64,000 bases of DNA from Eledone cirrhosa (Eukaryota): the NCBI GenBank assembly GCA_964016885.1, contig OZ024759.1, positions 4,836,001 to 4,900,000 on the forward strand, written 5' to 3'. Positions 23,825 through 37,049 of this stretch are shown in pieces. The first letter of the stretch is position 1; each line of letters starts with the position of its first letter. Both the position numbers and the translations under genes were made by a program. The notes beneath the pieces are model-generated. The model was not told the DNA's origin. It ran no database searches and saw only the letters and a program-made list of their open reading frames with translations.

Positions 23825-26800
23825 CAGAGGTCGGCATCCTTTTGGGGTGTGCGGGCCACATTGCTATGGAGTGCCACACAGGCAGGCCACATTTCTATGC
23901 AGTGTCTCACTGGCAGGCCACATTGTTACGAAGTGTCTTGTCAGTTGCTCACATTGCTATACAGTGTCTTGTCAGCAGGCCACATTGCTATGGAGTGTCT
24001 TGTCAGCAGGCCACATTGCTATGGAGTGTCTTGTCAGCAGGCCACATAGCTATGGAGTGTCTTGTCAGCAGGCCACATAGCTATGGAGTGTCTCACCAGC
24101 AGGCCACATTGCTATGGAGTGTCTTGTCAGCAGCCCACATAGCTATGGAGTGTCTTGTCAGCAGCCCACATAGCTATGGAGTGTCTTGTCAGCAGGCCAC
24201 ATTGCTATACAGTATCTTGTCAGCAGGCCACATAGCTATGGAGTGTCTCACCAGCAGGCCACATTGCTATGGAGTGTCTTGTCAGCAGGCCACATAGCTA
24301 TGGAGTGTCTTGTCAGCAGGCCACATAGCTATGGAGTGTCTCACCAGCAGGCCACATAGCTATGTAGTGTCTTGTCAGCAGGCCACATAGCTATACAGTG
24401 TCTTGTCAGCAGGCCACATAGCTATGTAGTGTCTAACCAGCAGGCCACATAGCTATGTAGTGTCTTGTCAACAGGCCACATAGCTATGGAGTGTCTCACC
24501 AGCAGGCCACATAGCTATGTAGTGTGTCACCAGCAGGCCACATAGCTATGGAGTGTCTCACCAGCAGGCCACATAGCTATGGAGTGTCTTGTCAGCAGGC
24601 CACATTGCAATGCAGTGTTTCACCAGCAGGCCACATAGCTATGGAGTGTCTCACCAGCAGGCCACATAGCTATGGAGTGTCTCACCAGCAGGCCACATAG
24701 CTATGGAGTGTCTCACCAGCAGGCCACATAGCTATGTAGTGTCTCACCAGCAGGCCACATAGCTATGTAGTGTCTCACCAGCAGGCCACATAGCTATGTA
24801 GTGTCTTGTCAGCAGGCCACATAGCTATGGAGTGTCTCACCAGCAGGCCACATAGCTATGTAGTGTCTCACCAGCAGGCCACATAGCTATGGAGTGTCTC
24901 ACCAGCAGGCCACATAGCTATAGAGTGTCTTGTCAGCAGGCCACATTGCAATGCAGTGTTTCACCAGCAGGCCACATAGCTATGGAGTGTCTCACCAGCA
25001 GGCCACATAGCTATGGAGTGTCTCACCAGCAGGCCACATAGCTATGGAGTGTCTCACCAGCAGGCCACATAGCTATGTAGTGTCTCACCAGCAGGCCACA
25101 TAGCTACTTAGTGTCTTGTCAGCAGGCCACATTGCAATGCAGTGTTTCACCAGCAGGCCACATAGCTATGCAGTGTCTCACCAGCAGGCCACATAGCTAT
25201 GTAGTGTCTTGTCAGCAGGCCACATAGCTATACAGTGTCTTGTCAGCAGGCCACATAGCTATGGAGTGTCTCACCAGCAGGCCACATAGCTATGGAGTGT
25301 CTCACCAGCAGGCCACATAGCTATGGAGTGTCTCACCAGCAGATCACATAGCTATGGAGTGTCTCACCAGCAGGCCACATAGCTATGTAGTGTCTTGTCA
25401 GCAGGCCACATAGCTATACAGTGTCTTGTCAGCAGGCCACATAGCTATGGAGTGTCTCACCAGCAGGCCACATTGCTATGCAGTGTCTTGTCAGCAGGCC
25501 ACATAGCTATGTAGTGTCTCACCAGCAGGCCACATAGCTATGTAGTGTCTTGTCAGCAGGCCACATAGCTATGGAGTGTCTCACCAGCAGGCCACATAGC
25601 TATGGAGTGTCTCACCAGCAGGCCACATTGCTATGTAGTGTCTCACCAGCAGGCCACATAGCTATGCAGTGTCTCACCAGCAGGCCACATTGCTATGCAG
25701 TGTCTTGTCAGCAGGCCACATAGCTATGGAGTGTCTCACCAGCAGGCCACATAGCTATGGAGTGTCTCACCAGCAGATCACATAGCTATGGAGTGTCTCA
25801 CCAGCAGGCCACATAGCTATGTAGTGTCTTGTCAGCAGGCCACATAGCTATACAGTGTCTTGTCAGCAGGCCACATAGCTATGGAGTGTCTCACCAGCAG
25901 GCCACATTGCTATGCAGTGTCTTGTCAGCAGGCCACATAGCTATGTAGTGTCTCACCAGCAGGCCACATAGCTATGTAGTGTCTTGTCAGCAGGCCACAT
26001 AGCTATACAGTGTTTTGTCAGCAGGCCACATAGCTATGGAGTGTCTCACCAGCAGGCCACATAGCTATGGAGTGTCTCACCAGCAGGCCACATTGCTATG
26101 TAGTGTCTCACCAGCAGGCCACATAGCTATGCAGTGTCTCACCAGCAGGCCACATTGCTATGCAGTGTCTTGTCAGCAGGCCACATAGCTATGCAGTGTC
26201 TCACCAGCAGGCCACATAGCTATCTAGTGTCTCACCAGCAGGCCTCATAGCTATGTAGTGTCTCGTCAGCAGGCCACATAGCTATGGAGTGTTTCACCAG
26301 CAGGCCACATAGCTATGTAGTGTCTCGTCAGCAGGCCACATAGCTATGCAGTGTCTTGTCAGCAGGCCACATTGCTATGTAGTGTCTCGTCAGCAGGCCA
26401 CATTGCTATGTAGTGTCTCGTCAGCAGGACACATAGCTATGTAGTGTCTCGTCAGCAGGCCACATTGCTATGTAGTGTCTCGTCAGCAGGACACATAGCT
26501 ATGGAGTGTCTCACCAGCAGGCCACATAGCTATGGAATGTCTCACCAGCAGGCCACATTGCTATGTAGTGTCTCGTTGGCAGGCCATGATATCAAATAAG
26601 TAATGAGAACATATGTAAAAAGAATGCAGTAATATAATAAAATACTCTGACAGTTTTAATAAACTCTGACAAAGCCATGACACCTGGCAGTGTATTTAAA
26701 CCAGGGTTGCCATTTGTTCATTGAACATATTTACTTCTAATAATACTGAACACTTTTAACACAGAAAAATAAATAAACATTGATTATTATCAAATACAGT

Positions 26801-27193
26801 CCCTTACAGATGTTTTACTAGGAGACAGCTAACTAAAATGAACAATTTTGAGGATGAAATGAAATAACTATGTCAGACATACTGACTTTTTTAGGTAAGT
26901 CTGGGTCATTTCACATCCCTGCCATACAGATACTATGTATGTACATATATACACGAATACACACACACAGTCCCTTTGACCTCGATGTCTGACTATTCTA
27001 TCTCTCTGAGTTTGATTGTTTCTTACTGTCACATTAAAACATTACGTTCAGTTAAGTGAGTCTTGTGGTTAGACGTGTTCTCTAGTTGGTATTTTAATCC
27101 CAAATAATTCGGAACAATTTTTAAGGGGATCGCTTAGTCTAAGATTAAAACCTGTCGGCAGGCCAGATGTGGCCAGGGATTTGATGACCCCTA
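23825..27193. mobile_element. Second copy of the hAT element (31-bp array ~23855-26590)
   Basis: Same ends, same TSD ATCTATAC (23817-23824, 27194-27201) and same flanks as 14747-23023. Confidence 0.85.
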
Positions 27194-27559
27194 ATCTATA
27201 CTATAGTGATATCAACTATTTTATATCTATATCATCTGTACTATATCCCTACAACCTATATTATATCTATAGCTATACTATATCTATTCCTCTATATTAT
27301 ATCTATTGAAGGCGCAAGGATTAGTGGTAAGAGCGTCAGGCTTACAATCATAAAGTTGTGAGTTCGATGCCTGAATCTTGCTGTGTTTTGTGTTCTTGAA
27401 CAACTCACTTTATTCCATGTTGCTCAAGATACTCTGCTATAGAAATGAGTTGTGATGTCAAACTTTCAATAAGAACACACACCTGTCTCTAAGTTACACC
27501 TGCTGTTGTTTTGTTTCAATATATTATGCTACAACAAAGTTATGCTACATCACTTACCT

Positions 27560-28490
27560 TATTAGAAATATGGTAATGAAAGGGTTAATGACATAGACAG
27601 TGTCTTTCATTAGAAATATGGTAATGAAAGGGTTAATGACATAGACAGTGTCTTTCATTAGAAATATGGTAATGAAAGGGTTAATGACATAGACAGTGTC
27701 TTTCATTAGAAATATGGTAATGAAAGGGTTAATGACATAGACAGTGTCTTTCATTAGATATATGGTAATGAAAGGGTTAATGACATAGGCAGTGTCTTTC
27801 TTTAGAAATATGGTAATGAAAGGGTTAATGACATAGACAGTGTCTTTCATTAGAAATATGGTAATGAAAGGGTTAATGACATATACAGTGTCCTTCATTA
27901 GAAATATGGTAATGAAAGGCTTAATGACATAGACAGTGTCTTTCATTAGAAATATGGTAATGAAAGGGTTAATGACATAGAGTGTCTTTCATTAGAAATA
28001 TGGTAATGAAAGTGTTAATGACATAGACAGTGTCTTTCATTAGAAATATGGTAATGAAATGGTTAATGACATATACAGTATCTTTCATTAGAAATATGGT
28101 AATGAAAGGGTTAATGACATATACAGTGTCCTTCATTAGAAATATGGTAATGAAAGGGTTAATGACATAGACAGTGTCTTTCATTAGAAATATGGTAATG
28201 AAAGGGTTAATGACATAGAGTGTCTTTCATTAGAAATATGGTAATGAAAGGGTTAATGACATATACAGTGTCCTTCATTAGAAATATGGTAATGAAAGGG
28301 TTAATGACATATACAGTGTCCTTCATTAGAAATATGGTAATGAAAGGGTTAATGACATAGACAGTGTCTTTAAGTAGAGATATGTAATGAAAGTTTTAAT
28401 GACATGTCTTTAAGTAGAAATATGGTAATGAAAGGGTTAATGACATATACAGTGTCTTTCATTAGAAATATGGTAATAGGAAGTTTAATT
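27560..28490. repeat. 48-bp minisatellite
   Basis: Same unit as 11145-14485. Confidence 0.95.
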
Positions 28491-28504
28491 ACTATACTAC
28501 TTAC

Positions 28505-28590
28505 CTCTCTGACAGTTGCTACCTTCATAACCAGCAGCACATCCTCCACTAGAACATACACCTGTCTCTATGTTACACCTGATGTTGTTT
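28505..28590 (-). pseudogene. 3' half-exon remnant of EGF repeat
   Basis: [25 protein letters not shown] followed by gtaagt; 5' half and phase-1 acceptor absent. Confidence 0.7.
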
Positions 28591-28764
28591 TGTTTCAATA
28601 TATTAAGCTACAGACTAAGCTATACTACACAACACACTTCATTGGAACACACACCTGTCGCTGTGTTACATCTCGCTGTTTGTTACACCTCTCTGTATGT
28701 TACACCTGCTGTTGTCTTGACCCACTATATTAAGTTATAAACAAAGCTATACTACACCACTTAC

Positions 28765-28901
28765 CTGTCTGACAGTTGCTACCTTCATAACCAGCAGTAC
28801 ATCCTCCACTAGAACACACACCTGTCTGTTTGTTATATTTACTGTTGTCAACACAGTGACATGTGTTGCCACATTGGCTCCAAATATACCATTTCTACAG
28901 A
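28765..28901 (-). pseudogene. Exon L, EGF-like exon with 1-nt deletion (137 nt)
   Basis: Near copy of exon P but GCC AA TGT instead of GCC AAC TGT, plus Cys>Tyr (AAA TAT AAC); splice sites intact. Confidence 0.75.
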
Positions 28902-28964
28902 CTGTGGAAATAAAAATATGAGAACAATGACAACAACAACAACATATAACACTATACAAGATAA

Positions 28965-29672
28965 TCATCATCCTCATCATTACCATATAATGTCCATTTT
29001 CTATGCTAGCATGGGTTAGATATACTGTCCCATTGTGAGAAAAGTTGGGTCAGATGGCCATGTCTTGCTTATGCAGAACTGATTTGGGATTGGTTTTGAT
29101 GGCTGGATGCCCTTCCAAATGCCAACCACTTTACAGTGTGGACTGGGCACTTTTTGTTGTGTCACCAACTTGACCACTTTACAATGAGAGCTGAGCACTT
29201 TTTGTTGTGGCATTATCACAACCATTTTACAGTGTGTGCTGGGCACTTTTTGTTGTGGCATTATCACAACCATTTTACAGTGTGTGCTGGGCACTTTTTG
29301 TTGTGGCACTATCACAACCATTTTACAGTGTCGGCTGGGCACTTTTTGTTGTGACACTATCACAAGCACTTTATAGTGTGGGCTGGGCATTTTTGTTGTG
29401 GCACTATCACAACCACTTTACAATGAGGGCTGGGCACATTTTGTGTCACCAACATGACCACTTTATAGTGTGGGCTGGGCATTTTCGTTGTGGCACTATC
29501 ACAACCACTTTACAGTGTGGACTGGGGACTTGAGTGGGGCAGTTGCATGGGGATTGAGGAGGTAGATTTAGGGGCATGGGTGAGGGGTGGGGATTTAGTA
29601 GCTCACTGACCTTTCTTCAACCCATTCTCACACTGGCTACTGTGCTTTCAGAACACCTTCCTCCACTGCAAG
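28965..29672 (-). mobile_element. RTE-derived fragment (short ORF remnant plus 3' UTR) with internal 48-bp tandem repeat at ~29130-29530
   Basis: (GAT)n tail; AACCCATGCTAGCAT.GAAAATGGAC end; 29595-29672 matches the RTE segment GCSESTVARVRTGW; unit CACTTTTTGTTGTGGCATTATCACAACCATTTTACAGTGTGTGCTGGG. Confidence 0.65.
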
Positions 29673-29731
29673 TAACAGAAACTATGTACCACTTCTTCAT
29701 AACCAGCACCACACCCTCTACTGTAACACAC

Positions 29732-29886
29732 CTGTCTTACAGTTGCTATCTTCATAACCATCACCACACACTTCACTGGAACACACACCTGTCTCTGTGT
29801 TACATCTAGCTGTTTGTTACACCTGCTGTTGTTAGTACAGTGACATGTGTGTTTACAGTTAGGTCCAAATTTACCTGTTTTACACC
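29732..29886 (-). pseudogene. Exon K, EGF-like exon with 17-nt insertion (155 nt, frameshift)
   Basis: Good attttcag acceptor; CKTGKFGPNCKHTCHCTNNSRCNKQ, then a TGTAACAAACAGCTAGA duplication shifts the frame; remainder reads [24 protein letters not shown]; weak gtgtgt donor. Confidence 0.75.
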
Positions 29887-30049
29887 CTGAAAATAAAAAT
29901 ATGGAATGTTCTGCATGAGTATGCGGTCGAAGGACAGCTCCTTGCTCCGATAAATCATGTCACTTCTAACACATGTAGCATACATGTTTCCCTTCCATGT
30001 AATAACCCAATATATTAAGTTAGAAACAAAGCTATACTACACCACTTAC

Positions 30050-30187
30050 CTGTCTGACAGTTGCTACCTTCATAACCAGCAGCACATCCTCCACTAGAAC
30101 ACACACCTGTCTCTTTGTTACACCTGCTGTTATCAGCACAGTGACATGTGTATTTACAGTTGGGTCCAAATTTACCTGTTTTACAGA
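30050..30187 (-). CDS. Exon J (138 nt), EGF-like repeat
   Basis: ccgacag / gtaagt; [46 protein letters not shown]. Confidence 0.85.
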
Positions 30188-30920
30188 CTGTCGGTATTAA
30201 ATATGAGAACAATGACAATTACAGCAACATATAACACTATACAAGATAATAAATATCATAATTATATCATCTATATATATATGGTGGCACATGGCTTAAT
30301 GGTTAGAGCATTGGCCTTGCAATCGAAAGGTTGTGAGTTAAATTCTCAGACCGGGTGATGTGTTGTTTCCTTGAGCAAGACACTTTATTTCACATTGCTC
30401 CAGTTTACTCAGCTGTAGAAATGAGATGATAGGGACTGGGGTCCCTATCATTCCACTGCAAAGTGGTCGTGGAGGTGCCATGGCAAAAAAGCACCCAGTA
30501 CTCACTGTAAATAAGGTTGGTGTTAGGAAGGGCATTCAGCTGTAGAAATCAAGCCAGAATCAGTTTCCGTCCCACCCTTGCAAGCAGGGAAAAGCGAACG
30601 TAAAATGATGATGAGTCTAACCCATGCTGGCGTGGAAGATGGACGTTAAACGAAGATGATGATGATATTATAGTGTTGTCATCTATGATATAGTGATATC
30701 ATCTATACTATATCTCTACAACCTATATGATATCTATATCCTATATATTATATCTAATCATCTGTATTATATCTATATCATCTGTATTATATCTATATCA
30801 TCTGTATTATATCTATATCATCATAACCAGCATCACACCTGTCTCTGTCTGTTTTTTTACACCTGCTGTTGTTTTGTTTCATATATCAAGTTAGAAACAA
30901 ATCTGTACTACAGTACTTAC

Positions 30921-31058
30921 CTGTTTGACAGTTGCTACCTTCATAACCAGCAGCACATCCTCCACTTGAACACACACCTGTCTCTTTGTTACACCTGCTG
31001 TTATCTGCGCAGTGACATGTGTATTTACAGTTGGCTCCAAATTCACCTGTTTTACAGA
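30921..31058 (-). CDS. Exon I (138 nt), EGF-like repeat
   Basis: attttcag / gtaagt; [46 protein letters not shown]. Confidence 0.9.
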
Positions 31059-31808
31059 CTGAAAATAAAAATATGGAAGTCTAAATATATTTAATAATTC
31101 ACATTAATTTCTGATATTTTCATATTTTACATGGTAGACATTATTTGAATTTTGAAAATGTGAGACCAGAGAAATTGCTTCATGTGACACTGTAAGAAAA
31201 CATTAAAGAAAACATTAAAAAAATGAAATGTATATCTTCTTCTTTATCATTAAGAATGTCAGCAGCAGCAGCAGCAGCACCACACACACACACACATATA
31301 TATATACAGAGAGAGAGAGAAGAGAGAGAGTAGTTAATAATAAATACAAAGACCAAAATCTAGAGAGGGCTCAATAAGATAAGAGTTTTATGTATATGTA
31401 TATATATGTATCATCATCATCATCATTTTACGTCCACTTTTCCCTGGTTGCGAGGGTGGGATGGCTTGATTTCTACAGCTGGATGCCCTTCCTAACACCA
31501 ACCTTATTTACAGTGAGTGCTGGGGGCTTTTTTGCTGTGGCACCTCCACGACCACTTTACAGTGGAATGATAGGGACCGCAATCCCTATCATCTCATTTC
31601 TACAGCTGAGTAAACTGGAGCAATGTGAAATAAAGTGTCTTGCTCAAGGAAACAACACATCACCCGGTTTGAGAATTGAACTCACAACCTTTTGATTGCA
31701 AGGCCAATGCTCTAACCACTAAGCCATAGAGAGAGAGAGAAGTGAGAGAGTAGTTAATAATAAATACAAACACCAAAATCTGGAGAGGGCTCAATAAGAT
31801 AAGAGTTA

Positions 31809-34800
31809 TCATCATCATCATCATCGTTTAACGTCCCTGTTCCACGCTTGCATGGGTTTGGACGGGAGTTTTCCGACTTGAGGCAAGAGTGGTTGTCTTG
31901 CTCGCATAGGACTGTCTGGCGGGTTTTCTACAGCTGGATGCCCTTCCTAACACCAACCACATTTACAGTGTGGGGCTGGGAGGTTTTTACCGTGTTGCCT
32001 ACACGGCCACATTACAGCGTGGACTGTGTTTTTTTGTCGTGACACCTACACGATCTCATTTGTTTCGGCCTGGATGTTGTGGTACCAACATAACTTTACA
32101 TGGAAAGGGGCGGTGTGGATGGGGTGGGGGTGTGGGTAGTGGGTGAATTTTGTTAGATATGCCTACTGACTGTAGTAGGTTTTACTTTGTATTTAGGTAA
32201 GGCGGGTCTTCTCTATTACTGAGTACCGCCAAAGGTCTCGGTCCAGTGACATTGTCTTGGAGAGGTGTAAGTGTGTGAGGTCGGAATTTATCAGCTCGTC
32301 CCAGGTTTTTCTGGGTCTGCCTACTCCGTGGCTACCGTCTATCTTTATTGCCCTGCACTTTGTTATACAGTTGTCGTCTTTCATGCGCATCACGTGACCA
32401 TACCAACGTAGCCTTCTCTCGAGTAAACAACATCTGATCCCTCTTATTTCTAATTTTTTCCTTAGTTCGTTTATGCTCTGCCGTTCACGTATATTACTAT
32501 TACACATCCAGCGGAGCATGCAAGCTTCGTTCCTCTCTAGTCTGCGTATATCCTCTGCACACAATGCCCAGGTCTCACTGCCATGCAACATTGTTGTTCG
32601 TATGCAGGCATTATACAACCTGCCTTTCATTCTTAGGGAGAACCCTTTAGCGGCTAATAGTGGTTGTAGCGGTTGTCTCCCTTGTTGTGACTCACAACCC
32701 CAATAGATTAACAACATCTAGACGGGAAGTAGAACCCTTTCTGTAACTTCTGGTCAGAACCCTATAAAACTAACAACTTTAAGTTCTCATTCTCTCATTT
32801 GCCCTTCCAGCGCCTGGCCTTCGCCAGGCGTCTCGCCTTTACCAGGCGTCTCGCCTTTGCCTGGCAATCAAAACGGTAACTACTAACTTTGCTTCATTCT
32901 ATCATCTATTTCTTTGACATGTCAACTATACTGTTCTATATATATCCATGATTGTTAATTAAATATTATACACACAAACCATGTCTCCTTGTTACATTCA
33001 TACAACCCAGTATCTACGCTATATGGTATAAGCTCTCTGAACTTTTTCCATCCAGTTCTGACTCTAGCTACTGTACTTACAGAGCACCCTCCCCCACTGC
33101 TGATTTTGTCACCCAGGTAACGGAAGCTGTCCACTATTTCTATAGAACCCTCTGCGCAATTGAAAGAGCTAGTATTCTGTGGGCACTTGCTGCTACTTAT
33201 TGCACCAGAGCACCGGCCACATGTAAAATCTATGTTCTTAGTAAGCTTACCTGTGATCCCACTACATCTTTTATGCATCCATACTTTGCATTTGGGACAT
33301 AAAATGGAGTTTCTACCTACGCCTTTCCTACACACTGAGCATGGCCACTTCCCGGAAGGGACCGCCGCCTTATTTTCTTTCTTACAAACTAGAACTTTAG
33401 TCTTAGCCAGGTTAATTTTAAGGCCTTTTGATTCTAGGCCATGTTTGGAATTTCTTCTCTAGCTCGGCCATTGATTCAGCTATGAGCGTTAGATCATCTG
33501 CGTATAGGAGTTCCTATGGGCAGCCGGTCTTGAACTCCTCTGTTATAGCCTGAAGGACAATAATAAATAGTAGGGGGCTAAGAACAGAGCCTTGATGGAC
33601 ACCAACTTTTACGCTAAACTCTTCACTATATTTGTTGTTAATTCTAACCTTACTGACTGTTTCTTTATACATGGCTTGTATAGCTCTCACAAGCCATTCA
33701 TAAACACCGAGTTTTCTAAGAGCCCACCAGATAATGGAATGGGGGACTCTGTCGAAGGCTTTCTCCAAGTCGACAAAAGCTAAGTATAGGGGTTTACTTT
33801 TAGCTAGGTACTTCTCCTGTAGTTGTCGTACAATGAAAAGAGCGTCTGTGGTACTTTTGCCTGACACAAACCCGAACTGCATTTCATCTAGATCAATTCT
33901 CTCTCTGATTAGTTGCGCTATTACTTTTTCTGTGACCTTCATGACCTGGTCGATTAATTTAATGCCTCTATAGTTACTCCTATCTAGGGCATCTCCTTTA
34001 CCCTTGTAACAGTTAATGATGCTGCTGCTACGCCAGTCCTTCGGAACAACCCCATTCTGTACGACTTGGTTTACTATCCGGGTGACCATGGTGTGTCCCA
34101 CCGTTCCAGATGCCTTCAGTATCTCAGCAACTATTTCCGAAGGCCCAGCCGCCTTACCCGTCTTCATATCTTTGATTGCCTTACTTATTATACTACCCTC
34201 GACTAACACTGCTGGTCCCTCTATTGGATCGATGTGGGGGAGACTGTCTTTCTCCCATTTATTCTCCTCATTTAGTAGCCTTTCGTAGTGACACTTCCAA
34301 GCTACCTTCTTATCAGCATCGGTGATGGCAAGTACGCCATCATCATTAAGTACACACTTCTCCCCAACAATATCACGGTTTTCCTTGACACATTGCCTAG
34401 CAATCCTGAACACCTCACGTTTTTGGTCCTCGCATTGTAGTACATGCTTGGACTTTCTTTCCTCTGCTTCCCTTCTTTCGAAGTACACTTGTCTCCTAGC
34501 TTCCCTCCTGGCCACTTGATAGTTTTCTCTACTTCCCCATCCCGCCATACTTTCCAAGCCTGCTTTTTGGCCTTAATTGACCCCTCTACCTTACTGTTCC
34601 ACCACCATGTTACTCTCCTCCTGCCTACAGGCCTGCTCCAGCCACAGACTTCATCTGCCGCCATCAGCAGGTTTGCTTTCAGGAATTCCCACTGTTCCTC
34701 TATATTGTACGACTCTAATTGCTCTTCCTTACTGTCGAAAGCATCAAGTAATATGCTTTTAAATTTATTTCTGGCTGTGGGGTCCTTTAGCTTCCATATT

Positions 34801-35713
34801 TTCCTCCTGAGGATAGTCCTCTTCTGCTGTCTAGTACGTCTCGTCCTGACTATTAGGTCGCTAATTATCAGTCTATGTTGGGACGTGCATTCTTCATGGG
34901 GGAGGGATTTAGTGTTTACAACAGACACTCTGTCACGTCTTCTGGTAAGGATATAATCTACCTGGCTTGTGTGTTCCCCCGATCTATAGGTGATCAGGTG
35001 ATTGTCTCGTTTTTTGAAGTTAGTGTTACAGATAGTTAGGTTATTTGCGTCACAGAATTCCAGGATTCTGGAGCCTTCCACATTTCTAGTACCAAACCCA
35101 TAGCCTCCATGGATTCCGTCGTAGCCGTCACAATGTTGTCCAACGTGACCATTTAGGTCGCCTGCAATAATTATATAGTCACTGTCAGATATTTGGGAGG
35201 TAGTTAGCAACAGTGTCTCATAGAATCTGTCTTTTATAGAGCCAGGCAGTCTGGATTGGGGTGCGTACGCAGATATTACTGTCACCGTAGTTCTATTGAG
35301 GACAAGTCTTATTTTAATTATTCTGTCGTTCACTATATTTACGTCTATTATCTTATCTGCCCACTTTTCTGCTACCATGATTCCTACCCCACCCAGCCTA
35401 TTGTCATTTCCCACCCAGAAAAGCTTATAGCATCGTTTTTTACCCACAATGAATCTAGCAGACCCACCCTCCACCTGGTCTCTTGGATACAGCAAACATC
35501 AACCTCCTTACGTTCAAGCATTTCTACAACCTCGTTGGAGCGACCCTTTAAGGTGCCTACATTCATGGTACCAACTCTGAAGTTTTGGATTGCGTTTGGT
35601 GGGTGGGAGCGGTGGGGCACGGGGGGAGATGGGGTTATGTTAGCCATCCGCGGCCGAAACAAAGAGGAGGAGTGCTCGCATTCTCGTCCACGAGGTGAAT
35701 GAGGTGAATTTGT

Positions 35714-35715
<2 letters not shown>
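31809..35715 (-). mobile_element. Near full-length decayed RTE-clade LINE (APE endonuclease + RT + PHD-like finger)
   Basis: GTMNVGTL, CIQETRW, AYAPQ, GDLNGHVG, QVDYIL, SQHRL (APE); NYRGIKL, FVDLEKAFD, GVHQGSVLSPLLF, YADDL, FRYLG (RT); (GAT)n tail; several frameshifts and stops. Confidence 0.95.
32665..33023. mobile_element. Solo LTR (359 bp) inserted in the RTE ORF
   Basis: Termini TGTAGCG...CGCTATA, 4-bp TSD TGGT on both sides; splits RTE codons ELIP|LLAAKGF. Confidence 0.8.
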
Positions 35716-35765
<50 letters not shown>

Positions 35766-36330
35766 TCAATACATAAACAGAGAAAGCCTTAAGCGATACT
35801 CTGACCAACACCATCTCACTCAACAAACATTAGGATATACCTAAGTATTTTCCTAATTTAGTGTTTGGGGTGCTAACTAATCAGTATTTCGTGGATAGCT
35901 GGTTGTATTATTTTATATGAGACATTATTAAATAAATATCTCTTTCCTTCCAGACGGCCGTTTCTTTATAAGATTTCTACAATTTGGGATAAATAATTTC
36001 CAGGTTATGTAGAAACTTGTATATAATCCATAGTTTTATACACAAGCGGGCTCTTATAAACTCATCAGTGGATGCCCAAATAATATCGATATAAGAATTA
36101 TATCAACATTAATAGATTAGTGATGGTCTCCCTCAGCGCTAAGAAGATCCAGCGCTTAGAAAATCCAGCAGTCCTCTCAAAGATAAAATACACGCTGTCC
36201 CCAAGAGGGTAAAGGGAGGTCATCTTAAAATAAAACAATATACACGCTGGTCATTTAAACCTGTTAGGTATTAACCACGTGTATAAGAACTCAATTGGAT
36301 ATTAAAAGAATAACCATATGTATAGACAAT

Positions 36331-36374
<44 letters not shown>

Positions 36375-36622
36375 TATATATATAAATAAATCTATAGAGC
36401 AAATATTTCTAATATTTCAGATCAGTGGTTGGCGTTGGGAAGGGCATCCAGCCGTAAAAAAACAGTCAGAAACTCTCGTATATGAGCGAGACATGGTCAC
36501 CCGACCCAACATGCCTCTAAATGGGACAACCCTGTCTAACCCAAGCTAGCATGGAAGATAGACGTTAATTGATGATGATGATGATGATACATATATATAT
36601 ATAGCTACATTACACCACTTAC

Positions 36623-36760
36623 CTGTCTGACAGTTGCTACCTTCATAACCAGCAGTACACCCTCCACTGTAACACACACCTGTCTCTGTGTTACATTTGC
36701 TGTTGTCTGCACAGTGACAATTTCTACTACAGCTGGGACCAAACTTTCCTACAGGACACA
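36623..36760 (-). CDS. Exon H (138 nt), EGF-like repeat with mutated acceptor
   Basis: [46 protein letters not shown] is open with a gtaagt donor, but the expected AG reads GG (ttttctatgg). Confidence 0.65.
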
Positions 36761-36848
36761 CCATAGAAAATATTTAAAATTCACTTCTAATATTCACTCA
36801 CTTTTTTCAGGTAACATGTTTGATGTTTGTAAAACCTATGAAGACCTG

Positions 36849-36897
<49 letters not shown>

Positions 36898-37049
36898 TAT
36901 ACATATATATATATATTAACATATATATATATATATATACACATATATATACATATATATATACACATATATATATACATATATACTGAAGTAAAAGTTA
37001 AGTGGAAATATCCAAGAGTAAGAGCACTCAGTCCATAGGACGAGTTTAG

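Noticed and set aside
27554-28184. Hydrophobic MKDTVYVINPFITIFL repeat ORFs as possible transmembrane exons
   Set aside because: 48-bp satellite present in several introns with frame-breaking 47-bp variants.
35765-36330. Non-repetitive block between (TA)n tracts as a possible exon or element
   Set aside because: No convincing splice-bounded open frame or recognisable protein motif; left unassigned.
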